A DNA stretch of 63,040 nt, filler included. It is 4 parts of 4 records of this genome, joined end to end, with 100 filler letters (N's around TTAATTAATTAA, not from the genome) between each part and the next. Parts side by side here need not be neighbours in the genome. Positions count along the whole stretch, not along the records: positions 40,875 to 57,460 come from DRR378314_305; 3 more parts are not named here. The stretch is one strand, 5' to 3'. The notes beneath the pieces are model-generated. The model saw only the letters and a list, made by a program, of their open reading frames with translations, made no database searches and was not told the DNA's origin. The stretch's first letter is position 1. Each line of letters begins with the position of its first letter. Position numbers and translations under genes: made by a program. Shown here in pieces: positions 46,024 through 55,614 of this stretch.

Positions 46024-47390
46024 GATCCTGGCTGCCGGGTCTGCGCGCGCGGGTAAACCTGAAAGCAAGGCTGCGCCACACTTGGCGCTACAGCCCGCCG
46101 ACCATTCTCAGTGGCGGTTTTTTGCTACTCATCGCCGTCGGCACCGCCCTGTTCGCCACGCCTTTCGCCAGCCATCAGGGCATGACGTTCTGGGAAGCGT
46201 TGTTCACCGCCACCGCGTCGATCACGGTGACCGGCATGTCGCTGGTGGACCCCGCCAGCGACCTGACCCTGTTTGGTCAGTTGCTGGTGATGGTGTTGTT
46301 TCATCTGGGTGGCCTGGGCCTGATGACCTTCGCGGTGCTGACGGTGATGGCCCTGGGCGGCCGGCTCGGGTTGAAAGGCCAGCGGGTGGTCCGCGAGGCC
46401 ATGGACCAGGCATCGCCCGGGGACGTGATGCTGCTGGTGCGGCGGGTGGCGCTGCTGGCGCTGTGCCTGGAAGTGAGCGGCGCGGCGGTGCTGGCCACGG
46501 TCTGGGTGCCGGCCATGGGCTGGACCGAGGGGTTGTGGATGAGCTTTTTCCACGCCGCCTCGGCCTTCAACAACGCCGGGGTCTCGTTGCTGCCTGACGG
46601 GCTGGCCCCCTGGGCGGCGACGCCGTTGATAACGCTGGTGATCACCGGCCTGTTCATTACCGGCGGCCTGGGTTTCACCGTGCTCACCGACCTTTGGCGT
46701 CAGCGCCGTCTTTCGAAGCTGAGCCTGCACAGCAAGCTGACCCTCACCGGCACCCTGATTCTGGCGGTGGGCGCCTGGCTGCTGATCATGGCCTTTGAAT
46801 GGACCAACGGCACCACCCTGGCGGCGGTGGACAGCGGCTCACGGCCCTGGCTGGCCTGGTTCGTGGCGGTGGTGCCGCGCAGCGCCGGCTTCTCGGTGGT
46901 GGACATGAGCAGCCTGTACGCCCCGAGCGTGTTGCTGGTGATGTTTCTGATCTTCATCGGCGGCGGCAGTAATTCCACCGCCTCGGGCATCAAGGTCAGT
47001 ACCTTCATGGTGGTGGTGCTGGCCACCCGTGCGTTTCTGACCGGCCGCCGCCGGCCCACCGCCTTCCGCCGCACGGTATCCCTGGATTCGGTGTTCCGGG
47101 CCTATACCGTGGTGGTGCTGAGTATGCTGATGGTGATGCTGGGCTGCTTCCTGCTGGTTATCCTGGAGCCGGAAATGAAACCCATGGACGTGCTGTTCGA
47201 AGGGTTTTCCGCCTTTGGCACCGCCGGGCTGTCACGGGGTATCACCGAGGATCTGTCCAAGCCAAGCCAGGCGATCCTCATGGTACTGATGTTCGCCGGG
47301 CGTATCGGGCCCCTGGCGCTGGCGTTTTCCCTGGCCCGGCCGCGCGCGGTGAAACTGCGTTACGTGGAAGATCAGGTGCAGATCGGCTGA
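46020..47390 (+). CDS. ktrB: Ktr/TrkH potassium uptake membrane subunit
   Basis: TASITVTG, AFNNAG, SAFGTAGLS and MFAGRIGP pore motifs. Confidence 0.85.
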   Translation: MRSWLPGLRARVNLKARLRHTWRYSPPTILSGGFLLLIAVGTALFATPFASHQGMTFWEALFTATASITVTGMSLVDPASDLTLFGQLLVMVLFHLGGLGLMTFAVLTVMALGGRLGLKGQRVVREAMDQASPGDVMLLVRRVALLALCLEVSGAAVLATVWVPAMGWTEGLWMSFFHAASAFNNAGVSLLPDGLAPWAATPLITLVITGLFITGGLGFTVLTDLWRQRRLSKLSLHSKLTLTGTLILAVGAWLLIMAFEWTNGTTLAAVDSGSRPWLAWFVAVVPRSAGFSVVDMSSLYAPSVLLVMFLIFIGGGSNSTASGIKVSTFMVVVLATRAFLTGRRRPTAFRRTVSLDSVFRAYTVVVLSMLMVMLGCFLLVILEPEMKPMDVLFEGFSAFGTAGLSRGITEDLSKPSQAILMVLMFAGRIGPLALAFSLARPRAVKLRYVEDQVQIG

Positions 47391-47405
47391 TCCGGGTGGC
47401 GCGGC

Positions 47406-47837
47406 TCAGAGGCCGTCCGCCTCCAGGCTGAGATGACGGGAGCGCCACCAGCGCCAGGACACCACGGTGTCGAAGAACAGCGCCACGGAATTAACCATCA
47501 CCACCAGCACCGCCAGCAGCCATTCGTCCAGATGCATGTCGTCGGCGCCCCAGCCGCCGATCAGGCGCGCCACCAACGCCACCTGCAGCGGCACCCAGGC
47601 GATCAGGTGGGGCAGCGCCAGGGCCCGGTTCACGGACGCGTAGTGCCACAGCGTGACGCCGTTGGCCGCCAGCACGAACAGGGTGGCCAGCGCCACCAGA
47701 CCGCCGCTGGCGGTATGCAGCATGAAGAAGCCGGTGGCATTGACGGGGATCAGGACCAGCAGGATCCAGACGCGCATCGAAAGCGGCAGGCGCTGGCAGG
47801 AGGCCTGGATGCGGTCCAGGCGTTCGCGATGGCTCAT
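47406..47837 (-). CDS. Hypothetical four-TM membrane protein
   Basis: Hydrophobic 143-aa ORF (LPHLIAWVPL) with host-like codon usage. Confidence 0.65.
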   Translation of the reverse strand: MSHRERLDRIQASCQRLPLSMRVWILLVLIPVNATGFFMLHTASGGLVALATLFVLAANGVTLWHYASVNRALALPHLIAWVPLQVALVARLIGGWGADDMHLDEWLLAVLVVMVNSVALFFDTVVSWRWWRSRHLSLEADGL

Positions 47838-47993
47838 GGCACGTTTCCCTGAGAACGAATTACGATCCGAATTCCGTTTCCGGACTACCCATCATGCCAC
47901 TTTCAGGGTCAACCCTGCGCCAACAGTGACATGGGATTGTCATCAACCCGTCGGTAAGTAGGGCCGCTGCCTCGGGTTTTCAAGAGCGGAATA

Positions 47994-49088
47994 TCAGCGG
48001 GATCGCCGTGACCGGCGCCGCAACTGGTGCTTGCGCCACCACAGGTAGAGGCCGGTGCCGAACAGCAGGGCCGGCAGCCAGCCGCCGAGAAACACCAGCC
48101 AGCGCCCGGCCAGCCCCAGGGCATCGCCATTGTGCAGGGGGAACTGCCAGCCCATGAAGCGGCTGCCGGCGGCCACCGAAAGCGGGTCCCAGGTGGCCAG
48201 CACGGCGCCGTCGCGGGGATCCACCCAGACCCGGCTGGCACCGTGGTGGGACCAGGCCTCGCCGGGCTGGTTGAACGACAGCCGGTAGGGCGTTTGCGCG
48301 TCGCGGGGCAGGTCAATGCGCTTCAGGTCTCCTTCGGGAAAGGCGCTTCGACCGGCCGCCACGATCTGGTCCACGCTGAGCCTCGAGCCGCTGTCGGGGC
48401 GGGCCTCCAGCGTCGGCGCCGGCACCGGTTCCAGGGGCAGGGCGGCGCCCACCAGGGCCTGCACCGGGCCGTGGAATACCAGGCTGACGCCGCTGAAGGC
48501 GGCCACCAGCAGCACCGGCGTGATGTAGACGCCGGCGGCCTTGTGCAGATCGAAGTTGAGCCGGAACGGGCCCTTGTCGGTGCGCACGCTGAGTGCCCGC
48601 CGCCAGCGGCCCTTGCGTGGCCACCACAGGTACAGGCCGCTGAGGCAGAAGAACATCAGCACCAGGCCCAGCACGCCCACCACGTACTTGCCGGTGGTGC
48701 CGGCCAGCAGGGTGTAGTGCAGCCGGTAGACCCAGCTGGTGGGGTAGGCGCCCCACTGGCGCACCGCCAGCACTTCGGCGTCGGCCGGGGAGACGCTCAC
48801 CTGCAGCGGGCCGGGGGCGCCTTCCGGGCCGTCGAAGCGCACCGTATGGGGCCGCCCGGGGCCGGGCGAGGGCTCCAGACGCCGTGCCGCCTTGCCGGGC
48901 AACGCCGCCTCGGCGGCGGCCAGCACCGCGCTCAGCGACGCCGGGTCGGCGGCGGGCTGGGTGCGCAGTTGCGGGGTCAGCCATTCGTCCAGGGTGTCGT
49001 GAAACACCAGCAGGCTGCCGGTGACGCCGGTGAGCGCCAGCAGCAGCCCGGCGATCAGGCCGGCGTATTTATGCAGCTTGAGCAGCAT
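47994..49088 (-). CDS. PepSY-associated TM helix domain protein (siderophore iron reduction/utilisation)
   Basis: LHKYAGL, TGSLLVF, LHYTLL, SGLYLWWP, DLHK..G and LHNG motifs; downstream of the TonB receptor. Confidence 0.88.
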   Translation of the reverse strand: MLLKLHKYAGLIAGLLLALTGVTGSLLVFHDTLDEWLTPQLRTQPAADPASLSAVLAAAEAALPGKAARRLEPSPGPGRPHTVRFDGPEGAPGPLQVSVSPADAEVLAVRQWGAYPTSWVYRLHYTLLAGTTGKYVVGVLGLVLMFFCLSGLYLWWPRKGRWRRALSVRTDKGPFRLNFDLHKAAGVYITPVLLVAAFSGVSLVFHGPVQALVGAALPLEPVPAPTLEARPDSGSRLSVDQIVAAGRSAFPEGDLKRIDLPRDAQTPYRLSFNQPGEAWSHHGASRVWVDPRDGAVLATWDPLSVAAGSRFMGWQFPLHNGDALGLAGRWLVFLGGWLPALLFGTGLYLWWRKHQLRRRSRRSR

Positions 49089-49106
49089 GAACTCTCGGGG
49101 CGGGGG

Positions 49107-51227
49107 TTAGAAATCCAGATTGTACCCCAGCGACACCACCCGGCCACGGCCGGCGAAGAAGCGGCTGTCCAGCGTCGAGGCGGCCTGTGAGAAGTAGGTG
49201 ATGTACTGCTCGTTGAACAGGTTCTCCACGCCCACGGTGACCTGGCCCTTGCCCAGACGGTAGCCGGCGAAGGCATCGAACAGCTGGTAGCTGTCGAAGC
49301 CGAGTTGCGGCCCGGGGATGCCGCGGCTGAAGTAGTGATTGCCCTGCACCTGGGTGGTGAGTTTCGGCGACCAGTTGGCCTGCCAGCGCACCGTCAGCCG
49401 GTCCGGGCCGATGTTGCGGCCGTCCAGACGGGTGTCCACCACGCCGTTGTCGTTGGAATCGAACTTGCCGCTGACGTGGGCGTAGGAGGCGCTCAGGCGG
49501 TGACCCTCGCGGAACCGCCAGCCCAGGTCCGCTTCCACGCCGTGAATCTCGGTCTTCTCCCGCTGCACTTCGAACACGCCGTTGCGCAGCGCCAGCCGCG
49601 AGCCGAAGTCGGAATCGGATTCGTAGTAGCTCACCTCGAAGTCCACCGCGCCCTGGGACAGGCGCGCGCCGATCTCGCGGTTGTCGGTGACGATCGGCTC
49701 CAGATTGACGTAGTCGTCCACGTCCTGGCCCGCTTCGTCCACGGCGCGCAGCACCCGGCCCACGTCCGGCATGCCGAAGCCTTCCGAATAGTTGGCGAAC
49801 AGCTGCGCCCAGTCGGTGGCCTGGAACACCACGCCGGCGTTGAACAGGGTTTCCTCGAAGCGCGGGCTGCCGCCCTGCACGGTCTGGCTGCCGTAGGAGG
49901 CCAGGGTGGTGTAGGTGTCCACGTCCAGCTTGGCGTACTCATGGCGCACGCCGCCGTGCAGGGACAGCCGGTCGGTGGGCTGGTATTCCAGTTGCAGGAA
50001 GGGTGCGGCGTTCTGGAACTCGGTCTCCGGCACCCACTCGCGGCCGGTCTGGGCCAGGATCTGGCTGGTCTCGTCCTGCAGCAGGTCGAGGCCGGTGGTG
50101 GCCTTCAGGTTGCCGTCGAGCAGGCCGTCCCGGGTCAGGGTGAACTTGGCGCCGTACTTGTCGGATTCGTTCTGCGACTGGTCGAACAGGGTGCCGGCCG
50201 GAGCGATGGTCGGGTCCTGGAAGGTGCCGAAGGTGTCGCCGCCGTAACGGGCGCGGAAGCGCTGGGTGTACAGCTGCAGGCGCACATCGTTGCCGGCCAG
50301 ATCGGTGTTGCGGTAGGAGAGGCTGGTGGTGAGCGCCTCGTTGCGCACCGGATCGCCGGCCGGGTCGCCCTTCACCGAGGTGGCGGGGACGCCGTTGGCG
50401 CGGTCGCCGTCAATACCCACGTAGTCGTGGTTGCCTTCCAGCTCGAAACGGTTCACCGACAGCTCCAGGTTCTGGGTGTCGTCCAGCCAATAGCCGATCT
50501 TCATGAACACGTCGTAGCTCTGCGAGTCCATGGTGTCGCCCTGGGCCTGGTCGATGCCCACGGCGCGGCCGTCGGCGTCGTAGAACAGGCCCCGGGACTT
50601 GTAGGCGCCGCCGAGCAGGAAATCCCAGTCGCCGTGGATGCCCTCCAGGCGGTAGTCGGTTTCGTAGCTCAGGCCGTCGGATTCGTAGTCGGTGGGGGCG
50701 CTCACGCCCACGCCGATGTGCTGGCGCAGCTCGGTGCCTTCCGGGCGGCGGGTCACGAAGTTGATGATGCCGCCGGTGGCGCCCAGGCCGTGCTCGGCGC
50801 TGGCGCCGTGGATCACCTCGATGCGTTCCACCATGGCCAGATCGATGGTGTAGCCGTCGCGGCTGCCGTCGCGCAGCGGGTTGGACTGCGGAATGCCGTC
50901 GATCAGGAACAGCGGGTCGCGGCCGCGGAAGGTTTCGCCGGAGTTGGTCAGCTTCTGGCGGCTGGGCGAATAGGACGGGATCAGATTGCTGAGCACCTGG
51001 GCCTGATCATTGGTGATCGCCATTTGCTGCTCGATCTCGTCCCGGTTGATCACGGTGATTTTCTGCGGTGTTTCGCCGGCCTCGCTGTTGCCCCGGGTGG
51101 TGGTCACGGTGACCGGCTCGAGCTGATTGGCGCTTTGCGCCTGGGCGGCGGTGGAGATGGCGGCCGTCAGCGGCAGCAGCGAGAAGGACAGAACAGACAG
51201 CGGCAAGCTGTAACGCAAGCGGAGCAC
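49107..51227 (-). CDS. TonB-dependent siderophore receptor (IutA/aerobactin-receptor-like)
   Basis: Signal peptide, FLIDGIPQSNPLR, ERIEVIHGA plug motif, ENLFNEQY and C-terminal Phe. Confidence 0.9.
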   Translation of the reverse strand: MLRLRYSLPLSVLSFSLLPLTAAISTAAQAQSANQLEPVTVTTTRGNSEAGETPQKITVINRDEIEQQMAITNDQAQVLSNLIPSYSPSRQKLTNSGETFRGRDPLFLIDGIPQSNPLRDGSRDGYTIDLAMVERIEVIHGASAEHGLGATGGIINFVTRRPEGTELRQHIGVGVSAPTDYESDGLSYETDYRLEGIHGDWDFLLGGAYKSRGLFYDADGRAVGIDQAQGDTMDSQSYDVFMKIGYWLDDTQNLELSVNRFELEGNHDYVGIDGDRANGVPATSVKGDPAGDPVRNEALTTSLSYRNTDLAGNDVRLQLYTQRFRARYGGDTFGTFQDPTIAPAGTLFDQSQNESDKYGAKFTLTRDGLLDGNLKATTGLDLLQDETSQILAQTGREWVPETEFQNAAPFLQLEYQPTDRLSLHGGVRHEYAKLDVDTYTTLASYGSQTVQGGSPRFEETLFNAGVVFQATDWAQLFANYSEGFGMPDVGRVLRAVDEAGQDVDDYVNLEPIVTDNREIGARLSQGAVDFEVSYYESDSDFGSRLALRNGVFEVQREKTEIHGVEADLGWRFREGHRLSASYAHVSGKFDSNDNGVVDTRLDGRNIGPDRLTVRWQANWSPKLTTQVQGNHYFSRGIPGPQLGFDSYQLFDAFAGYRLGKGQVTVGVENLFNEQYITYFSQAASTLDSRFFAGRGRVVSLGYNLDF

Positions 51228-51270
51228 GGGAACCCCTCCGAAAAAGTGTCAGGTTTGTAAGGCGGAGGGG

Positions 51271-51300
51271 AACTTATAGTTAATGCGAATTATTGTCAAT
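51271..51300 (-). promoter_or_regulatory. Fur box overlapping the sigma70 promoter of the TonB receptor
   Basis: Minus-strand TTGACA (51299-51294) is 17 bp from TAAGTT; Fur-like TAATGCGAATTATTGTCAAT spans the spacer. Confidence 0.7.
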
Positions 51301-51335
51301 ATCGTTTCAGTTGCCGACCCGGGCCTGGCGAGGCT

Positions 51336-52151
51336 TCAGGGATTGTTGCTCCCGATATTCAGCGACCAGTCGTAGTCCAGAAAACGGATCGGCAAGTCGC
51401 CGGCTTCCAGATCCCGGCGGGCCTGCGCCGGCAACGCCAGGGCATCGGCGTATTGCAGCAGGTAATCGACGAGGCTGCCGGCGCTGTCTTCGAAGTCCTC
51501 TTCGTACCAGTCGAAAATGGACGACACCCTCAACACCCCGGCCTCCGCGTCATAGCGGTTACGGCGCCGGTCGGAAAGAAAGCGCCGGGTGCTGTCGGCG
51601 AGCTGCGCGTCCAGCCGCTCGCCGGTGTAGGCTTCCGGGCGCAGGGCCGGGCACCCCACCGAGGCGCAGTTCACCGCGAAGTGAATGCGCGGGTCCATCA
51701 GTGCCGGGTTGCCGCGGATCATCTGGTGCTCCAGCTCGTCCAGGGTGCGCTCTTCGCCCAGCAGGGTGAAAAAGCGCTGGCTCCAGGGGCCGGAAAAAAT
51801 CGAACCGATGTCGCGGATCGAATCCGGCCGGCTTTCCTGCTTCAGAATCAGCTTCACGGTGAAGGCGTTGTAGGCGTTGATCAGGAACGCCAGTTTCTCG
51901 GCGTCGCTGAAACCCTTGAAGGTGGCCTTATCCACGTCGCTGAGACGCGTCAGATAGTCGTCCAGGGCGGCCTGGTCCGAGGCCATGCCGTCATAGTCCA
52001 CGGCGCTGGCGACCCCGTCCCGGTGCTCGCTGACATGCGCCTGAAGCAGGTCGTCCCACGGCTGATGGTCGAACGCCAGCGCCGGTGTCGCCAGCACCGC
52101 CATGACGGCGATCAGCGCGCCCAGGGCGGCGCGCAACGTGAGTTTCAGCAT
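51336..52151 (-). CDS. DUF547 family periplasmic protein
   Basis: LAFLINAYNA, DPRIHFAVNCASVGCP and YDWSLN motifs. Confidence 0.92.
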   Translation of the reverse strand: MLKLTLRAALGALIAVMAVLATPALAFDHQPWDDLLQAHVSEHRDGVASAVDYDGMASDQAALDDYLTRLSDVDKATFKGFSDAEKLAFLINAYNAFTVKLILKQESRPDSIRDIGSIFSGPWSQRFFTLLGEERTLDELEHQMIRGNPALMDPRIHFAVNCASVGCPALRPEAYTGERLDAQLADSTRRFLSDRRRNRYDAEAGVLRVSSIFDWYEEDFEDSAGSLVDYLLQYADALALPAQARRDLEAGDLPIRFLDYDWSLNIGSNNP

Positions 52152-52170
52152 GATCTCACCTCCTGTCGAT

Positions 52171-54315
52171 TCAGCGTTGCCAGGCGTGGAAGCGCTCCAC
52201 CCAGCGCAGCAAGCCCTCCGGTTTGTGCGCCTTCTTCCACTCGCCGGCGGCGAATTTATTGGCCTCCGCCATGGTCGGGTAAATATGGATGGTGCCGAGG
52301 ATCTTGTTCAGACCCAGCCCATGCTTCATGGCCAGCACGTACTCGCTGATCAGATCGGAGGCGGACTCGCCGACGATGGTGACGCCCAGGATGGTGTCCT
52401 TGCCCGGCGGCGTGAGCACTTTGACGAAGCCGTGGTCGGTGCTGTCGGCAATGGCCCGGTCCAGGTCGTCGATGCCGTAGCGGGTCACTTCCACCTCGAT
52501 GCCCTGTTCGCGGGCCTCGTCCTCGCTCAGGCCCACGCGGGCCACTTCCGGGTCGGTGAAGGTGGCCCAGGGGATCACCCGATAGTCCACCTGGAACTTC
52601 TTGAAGCGGCCGAACAGGGCATTCACCGAGGCGTACCAGGCCTGGTGGGCGGCCACATGGGTGAACTGGTAGGGCCCGGCCACGTCGCCGCAGGCGAAAA
52701 TATTGGGGAAGCGGGTGCGCAGGAAGCCGTCCACCGCCACGGTGCCGTTTTTCTCGGTGGCGATGTTCATGGCCTCCAGGCCCAGGCCGTCGGTGTTGGC
52801 GCGGCGGCCCACGGCCACCAGCACCGCGTCGAACGGCAGGCGTTTCTCGCCGTCGCCCGCCTGCACGTACAGCACCTTCTCGCCGTCCTCCACTGCGAAA
52901 CGCGCCGCCTTATGGTTGGTGAGCACGGTGACGCCGCTGTCGCGCAGGGACGCGGTCACCAGGGCGGCGGCGTCTTCGTCCTCGCGGGGCATCAGGCGCT
53001 GCAGCATCTCCACCTGGGTCACCTCGCTGCCCAGGCGCGCGAAGCTTTGCGCCAGCTCACAGCCGATCGGCCCGCCGCCCAGCACGATCAGCCGGCGGGG
53101 CTGCTCCGTCAGGGTCCACAGGTTTTCCGAGGTGAGAATGTCGATTTCGTCGATACCGGGGATCGGCGGCACGAACGGCCGCGCGCCGGAGGCGATAATA
53201 ATATTGCGGGTGGTCAGGGTGCGCTCGCCCTCGGCGGTGTCCACGGTGACTTCCCAGGGCGAGGTGATGCGCGCGCTGCCCTGCACGCAATCCACGCCCA
53301 GCTCGGTGTAACGCTCCACCGAATCGTGGGGCTCGATCTTGCCGATCACCTTATGGATGCGCGCCATGACGTCGGCGAAATCGAAACGCGGCGTGATGCT
53401 GGTGAAGCCGTAGCGCTGCGGCTTTTGCTCCAGGTGCGCCAGCCGCGCGCTCTTGATCAGTGCCTTGGACGGCACGCAGCCGGTATTCAGGCAGTCGCCG
53501 CCCATCTCGCCTTTCTCGATCAGCGTGACACTGGCTTTCACCGTGGCGGCGATATAGGCGCTCACCAGCCCGGCGGAGCCGGCGCCGATCACCACCAGAT
53601 TGCGGTCGAAGTGCTTCGGCTTTTGATAACCCCGGTACACCTTGCGCGCCTGCAGAAACGCCATCACCGCCTTCGCCAGCCAGGGGAACAGCCCCAGCAG
53701 CACGAAGGCGCCGATCAGATCCACCGACAACAACCCGGACAAGCTTTCCAACTCGCCCAGCTGGGTGCCCGCGTTCACATACACCGCCGTGCCCGCCAGC
53801 ATGCCCACCTGGCTGACCCAGTAAAACGTCCAAGTCTTCAGCGGCGTCAGGCCCATGACCAGATTGATCACGAAAAACGGAAACGCCGGAATCAAACGCA
53901 ACGTAAACAGGTAAAAGGCGCCGTCCTTCGCCACCCCCGCGTTGATCTTCTTCAGCCGCTCACCGAAGCGGCTCTGCACCGCGTCCTTGAACAAAAACCG
54001 CGACGCCAGAAACGCCAGGGTCGCGCCCACACTGGACGCGAACGACACCAGCACCAACGCCACCCAAAACCCGAACAGCGCCCCCGCCGCCAGCGTCATG
54101 ATCGCCGCCCCGGGCAAGCTCAACGCCGTCACCGCCACATACAACAAAAAGAACCCGCCCAACACCAGCACCGGCTGCTCCGCCACCAGCGACTGAAACG
54201 CCCCGCGCTGCGCCTTCAAATAATCCAGGCTCAGATACTGCCCCAGATCAAACACAAAATAAGACGCCACCAGCGCCGCGATCACGCCCAACAGAGCCAC
54301 TTTCTTAACGTTCAT
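52171..54315 (-). CDS. VTT/TVP38 (SNARE-associated) membrane domain fused to a pyridine nucleotide-disulphide oxidoreductase (Lpd/MerA-like)
   Basis: N-terminal LRLIPAFPFFVIN; GAGSAG, GGDCLNTGCVPSK, GGGPIGCE and HIYPT motifs. Confidence 0.9.
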   Translation of the reverse strand: MNVKKVALLGVIAALVASYFVFDLGQYLSLDYLKAQRGAFQSLVAEQPVLVLGGFFLLYVAVTALSLPGAAIMTLAAGALFGFWVALVLVSFASSVGATLAFLASRFLFKDAVQSRFGERLKKINAGVAKDGAFYLFTLRLIPAFPFFVINLVMGLTPLKTWTFYWVSQVGMLAGTAVYVNAGTQLGELESLSGLLSVDLIGAFVLLGLFPWLAKAVMAFLQARKVYRGYQKPKHFDRNLVVIGAGSAGLVSAYIAATVKASVTLIEKGEMGGDCLNTGCVPSKALIKSARLAHLEQKPQRYGFTSITPRFDFADVMARIHKVIGKIEPHDSVERYTELGVDCVQGSARITSPWEVTVDTAEGERTLTTRNIIIASGARPFVPPIPGIDEIDILTSENLWTLTEQPRRLIVLGGGPIGCELAQSFARLGSEVTQVEMLQRLMPREDEDAAALVTASLRDSGVTVLTNHKAARFAVEDGEKVLYVQAGDGEKRLPFDAVLVAVGRRANTDGLGLEAMNIATEKNGTVAVDGFLRTRFPNIFACGDVAGPYQFTHVAAHQAWYASVNALFGRFKKFQVDYRVIPWATFTDPEVARVGLSEDEAREQGIEVEVTRYGIDDLDRAIADSTDHGFVKVLTPPGKDTILGVTIVGESASDLISEYVLAMKHGLGLNKILGTIHIYPTMAEANKFAAGEWKKAHKPEGLLRWVERFHAWQR

Positions 54316-54374
54316 TCCATCGCATCCTTAATGACCAGGCGGAGTCTGCCCCGGAGCCTTTCGGCCGACTCCGG

Positions 54375-54483
54375 CGCGGTGTGTGTTGGTGACGTCCAGA
54401 ACCGTATGAGCGCAGGGATGCGCGAATCGAGCCCCCAGGGACGGGTTCACGGCGTGTTCTGGACGTCACCAACACACACCGCG
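54375..54483. repeat. Intergenic palindromic REP/MITE-like element
   Basis: 28-bp perfect arms CGCGGTGTGTGTTGGTGACGTCCAGAAC (54375-54402) and its reverse complement (54456-54483) around a 53-nt core containing GAGCCCCCAGGGACGGGTTCACGGCG. Confidence 0.8.
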
Positions 54484-54501
54484 GCCCGTCTGGAGAGAAA
54501 G

Positions 54502-55548
54502 TCAGCAACAACTGCTACCAACGGCAGCATCCGAAGAACCATCCTCAAAGGGCACATTCAACCCACACCCCTCAAAAATCCCAAAGTGCGAATCAAAGTT
54601 ACCAATAAACTCGAAATGGTCCGCGAACCGGCTCTCCGCCAACATTAACCAGGTATTCCCGCACACCGGGAACACCTTGCCGGTCTCAATCACATGATGA
54701 TCGTCCAGCACGAATGAATGAGGATGATGGTCCACCGTGCCCTTATAGATCACCGCCTGCCCGTAGTCCTCGCAGGCCGGCTCCAGCGCATCAATGTTGA
54801 ACAGCCGGTAGGTGGCCGAGTAGAAGCGGATGTTCCCCAGCTTCGCCTCGATGGCCGGGTTCTCGATGGTCAGCCGGCGCGACTCCACCAAACGCGGATC
54901 GCCGAACCCGCACCCCTTGGCCAGGTTGAGAAAGTCGTTCCAGTACAGGGCCCCGGACAGGCATTCCCCGTAGAGCACCGGGTCGGCAGTCAGCGCCGCC
55001 GGTACCCGGCGGTCGGCGTACACGTCGGAGAAGTAGAACTCGCCGCCGGGCTTGAGCAGCCGTTTCACATCGCCGATTACCTTGGCCTTGTCGGTGCTCA
55101 GGTTGATCACGCAGTTGGACACCACGATATCGAAGTAGCCGTCCTGCAGATCAAGCTGGTCCAGCTCTTCGATATAGCCTTTCAAAAAACGCACATTGCT
55201 GCGCGCGTGGCCGAATTCCCGGCGGTGGTACTCCTGATGGCGAGTCGCCACGGCGAGCTGCTCGTCGGTCATGTCCACGCCGACCACCTCGCCGCTGTCG
55301 CCCACCAGCGCCGAGAGCACGTAGACGTCCCGGCCGGAGCCACAGCCCAGGTCCAGAATGCGCATGCCCTCCAACGCCGCCGGCGCCACCAGGCCGCAGC
55401 CGTAGTAACGGGTTACCACCTCGTCATGCAGGCGCGCCAGCAACGGCTTCAGGTGCTCCGGCGGCGCCTGATCGCAGCAGGCGTTGGTCTGCAGGTCGTC
55501 GCTGCCGGTAAGTTGCTTGCCGTAGTAATCCTGAACCTCTTCACGCAT
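54502..55548 (-). CDS. Arsenite methyltransferase-like SAM-dependent methyltransferase
   Basis: TNACC, YYGCG, LDLGCGSGRD, SNCVINL, YGECLSGA and C-terminal CC, as in ArsM/AS3MT. Confidence 0.85.
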   Translation of the reverse strand: MREEVQDYYGKQLTGSDDLQTNACCDQAPPEHLKPLLARLHDEVVTRYYGCGLVAPAALEGMRILDLGCGSGRDVYVLSALVGDSGEVVGVDMTDEQLAVATRHQEYHRREFGHARSNVRFLKGYIEELDQLDLQDGYFDIVVSNCVINLSTDKAKVIGDVKRLLKPGGEFYFSDVYADRRVPAALTADPVLYGECLSGALYWNDFLNLAKGCGFGDPRLVESRRLTIENPAIEAKLGNIRFYSATYRLFNIDALEPACEDYGQAVIYKGTVDHHPHSFVLDDHHVIETGKVFPVCGNTWLMLAESRFADHFEFIGNFDSHFGIFEGCGLNVPFEDGSSDAAVGSSCC

Positions 55549-55614
55549 GGTTGAGCCTCTTCAAGTGACACCCGCTCCAGGGAGTATGCTTTAGATGGGA
55601 GGGTCGCATCGCGG

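Noticed and set aside
52171-54315. Mercuric reductase MerA call
   Set aside because: It lacks the C-terminal CC pair and N-terminal HMA domain, has a VTT membrane domain instead, and has no mer genes nearby.
52102-54648. Very long antisense ORFs (848 aa here; also 42158-44311, 49305-51260, 34413-35858, 31615-33039)
   Set aside because: They are shadows of real high-GC3 genes on the opposite strand and carry no recognisable motifs.
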